Below are positions 62,704 through 64,000 of a DNA stretch of 64,000 nucleotides, piece after piece. Origin of the DNA: Octopus vulgaris (taxonomy: Eukaryota). Position 1 is the first letter of the stretch, and each line of letters begins with the position of its first letter. Position numbers and translations under genes: made by a program. The stretch spans positions 61,628,001-61,692,000 of the forward strand of contig OX597831.1 of NCBI GenBank assembly GCA_951406725.2. Direction: 5' to 3'. The notes under the pieces were generated by a model. It saw only the letters and a list, made by a program, of their open reading frames with translations, made no database searches and was not told the origin of the DNA.

Positions 62704-63008
62704 TTAAGCAGACCTATGATCAAATGCATCACAACTGAGACCAGACTTCTTTTGATATGGTGGAAATTAAACTACACTATTCAATTCTGGGTGTGTCTGA
62801 AATAGATTTAGCTGCTATTTCTGGTAGGATGAGTGATCACGTAGAGAGTCTCTCATTGGTTCTTTAATTAAAATAGTTTCCATTCTGAGTAGAACCTAAT
62901 CCCCTTCATGTTGTTGCTTGATTCCAGGTCAGTTATAACTAAAGAAATCTACAGCCAATTGTATTTCAGCTGTGACCAGTGGGTGTAACCAAGACTATTA
63001 TATCTTGT

Positions 63009-63394
63009 GTGGAGGCGCAATGGCCCAGTGGTTAGGGCAGCGGACTCGCAGTTGTAGGATCGCGGTTTTGATTCCCAGACCGGGCGTTGTGAGTGTTTAT
63101 TGAGCGAAAACACCTGAAGCTCCACGAGGCTCCGGCAGGGATGGTGGTGATCCCTGCTGTACTCTTTCACCACAACTTTCTCTCACTCTTACTTCCTGTT
63201 TCTGTTGTACCTGTATTTCAAAGGGCCGGCCTTGTCACTCTCTGTGTCATGCTGAATATCCCCGAGAACTACGTTAAGGGTACGTGCGTCTGTGGAGTGC
63301 TCAGCCACTTACACGTTAATTTCACGAGCAGGCTGTTCCGTTGATCGGATCAACCGGAACCCTCGTCGTCATAACCGACGGAGTGCTTCCATCC
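63009..63394 (+). mobile_element. SINE family F
   Basis: Head and body shared with families D/E, different tail; 12-bp TSD ATTATATCTTGT (62997-63008 / 63395-63406). Confidence 0.9.
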
Positions 63395-64000
63395 ATTATA
63401 TCTTGTAGCAGATTCAGAACCAAATCGCTGGACATCCATGTGAATGCTGCATTGAGTTCACTATTGTTTCATGTGGTTGACCGATTAACCAACCAGTCTG
63501 CTTCAAGTTATCATGTGCTTCAGCTTTGTAGAACCTTCTAAGGACCCTTATAGAAGGTAGAGTTTCAGTGGTACCCTCAGAATGCCAAGATATTTATGTT
63601 CATTCTCTGGCTGTGCAGAGTGAGGGTACAGATTTGCCATCATGAATTTTGGGGAATATTTCCTCAGTTGTGATGGCCTAATTCACAAATCAATATGTAC
63701 CAACTATTTTGTCATGGGCCCCAGAATTGTCTCTCGCAGTGTATATAAATTGTTGTCTTTATTCGTCATCTCATGGCCAAAACAGAAAACACTATGTGCA
63801 ATAAATAAAGCTTCTATTAATTGTTTGTGAGCGTTGCTTATTATTTTATATGCATCCAATAGGCAACAGTTGCAACAATTTAAAGTGACATTACTATTTT
63901 TAAGGTGTTAGGATGTGTTTCCAGGGAGATTTGGAAGATATTTCTAGCAGGTCAAACAACCCTGTAGAGGCTACTTTAAGTAGCTCATGATTCATTTCAT

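Overview
This is an AT-rich (eukaryotic), repeat-dense window with no intact long ORF. The tRNA-headed SINE families, the LINE tails and the (TA)n/(TAA)n/(GAT)n microsatellites look like an Octopus (coleoid cephalopod) genome; this is inferred from memory of these repeats, not from a search. Almost all supplied ORFs are microsatellite or SINE artefacts. Supportable content: about 35 SINE copies from several modular families, many with TSDs; relics of RTE, CR1, Dong/R4-like and Penelope-like (PLE) retrotransposons; two near-complete decayed mariner elements; a decayed piggyBac; hAT, piggyBac, Tigger-like and Merlin-like MITEs; a non-autonomous Helitron; a U6 snRNA retrocopy fused to a SINE; and a decayed LRR (Toll-like ectodomain-type) gene on the minus strand. 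Three CpG-retaining unique islands carry minus-strand splice signals and may be exons of a host gene. The most notable observations are: (i) fold-back PLE-type insertions, two carrying minimal type I hammerhead ribozymes, one inside a perfect palindrome with 169-bp arms; (ii) the U6-SINE chimera; (iii) a SINE that inserts as head + 184-bp tandem units with a fixed junction; (iv) a SINE/CR1 pair sharing a 3' stem-loop with a compensatory base-pair change; (v) an unusually high number of short segments copied from elsewhere in the same window (local templated insertions).
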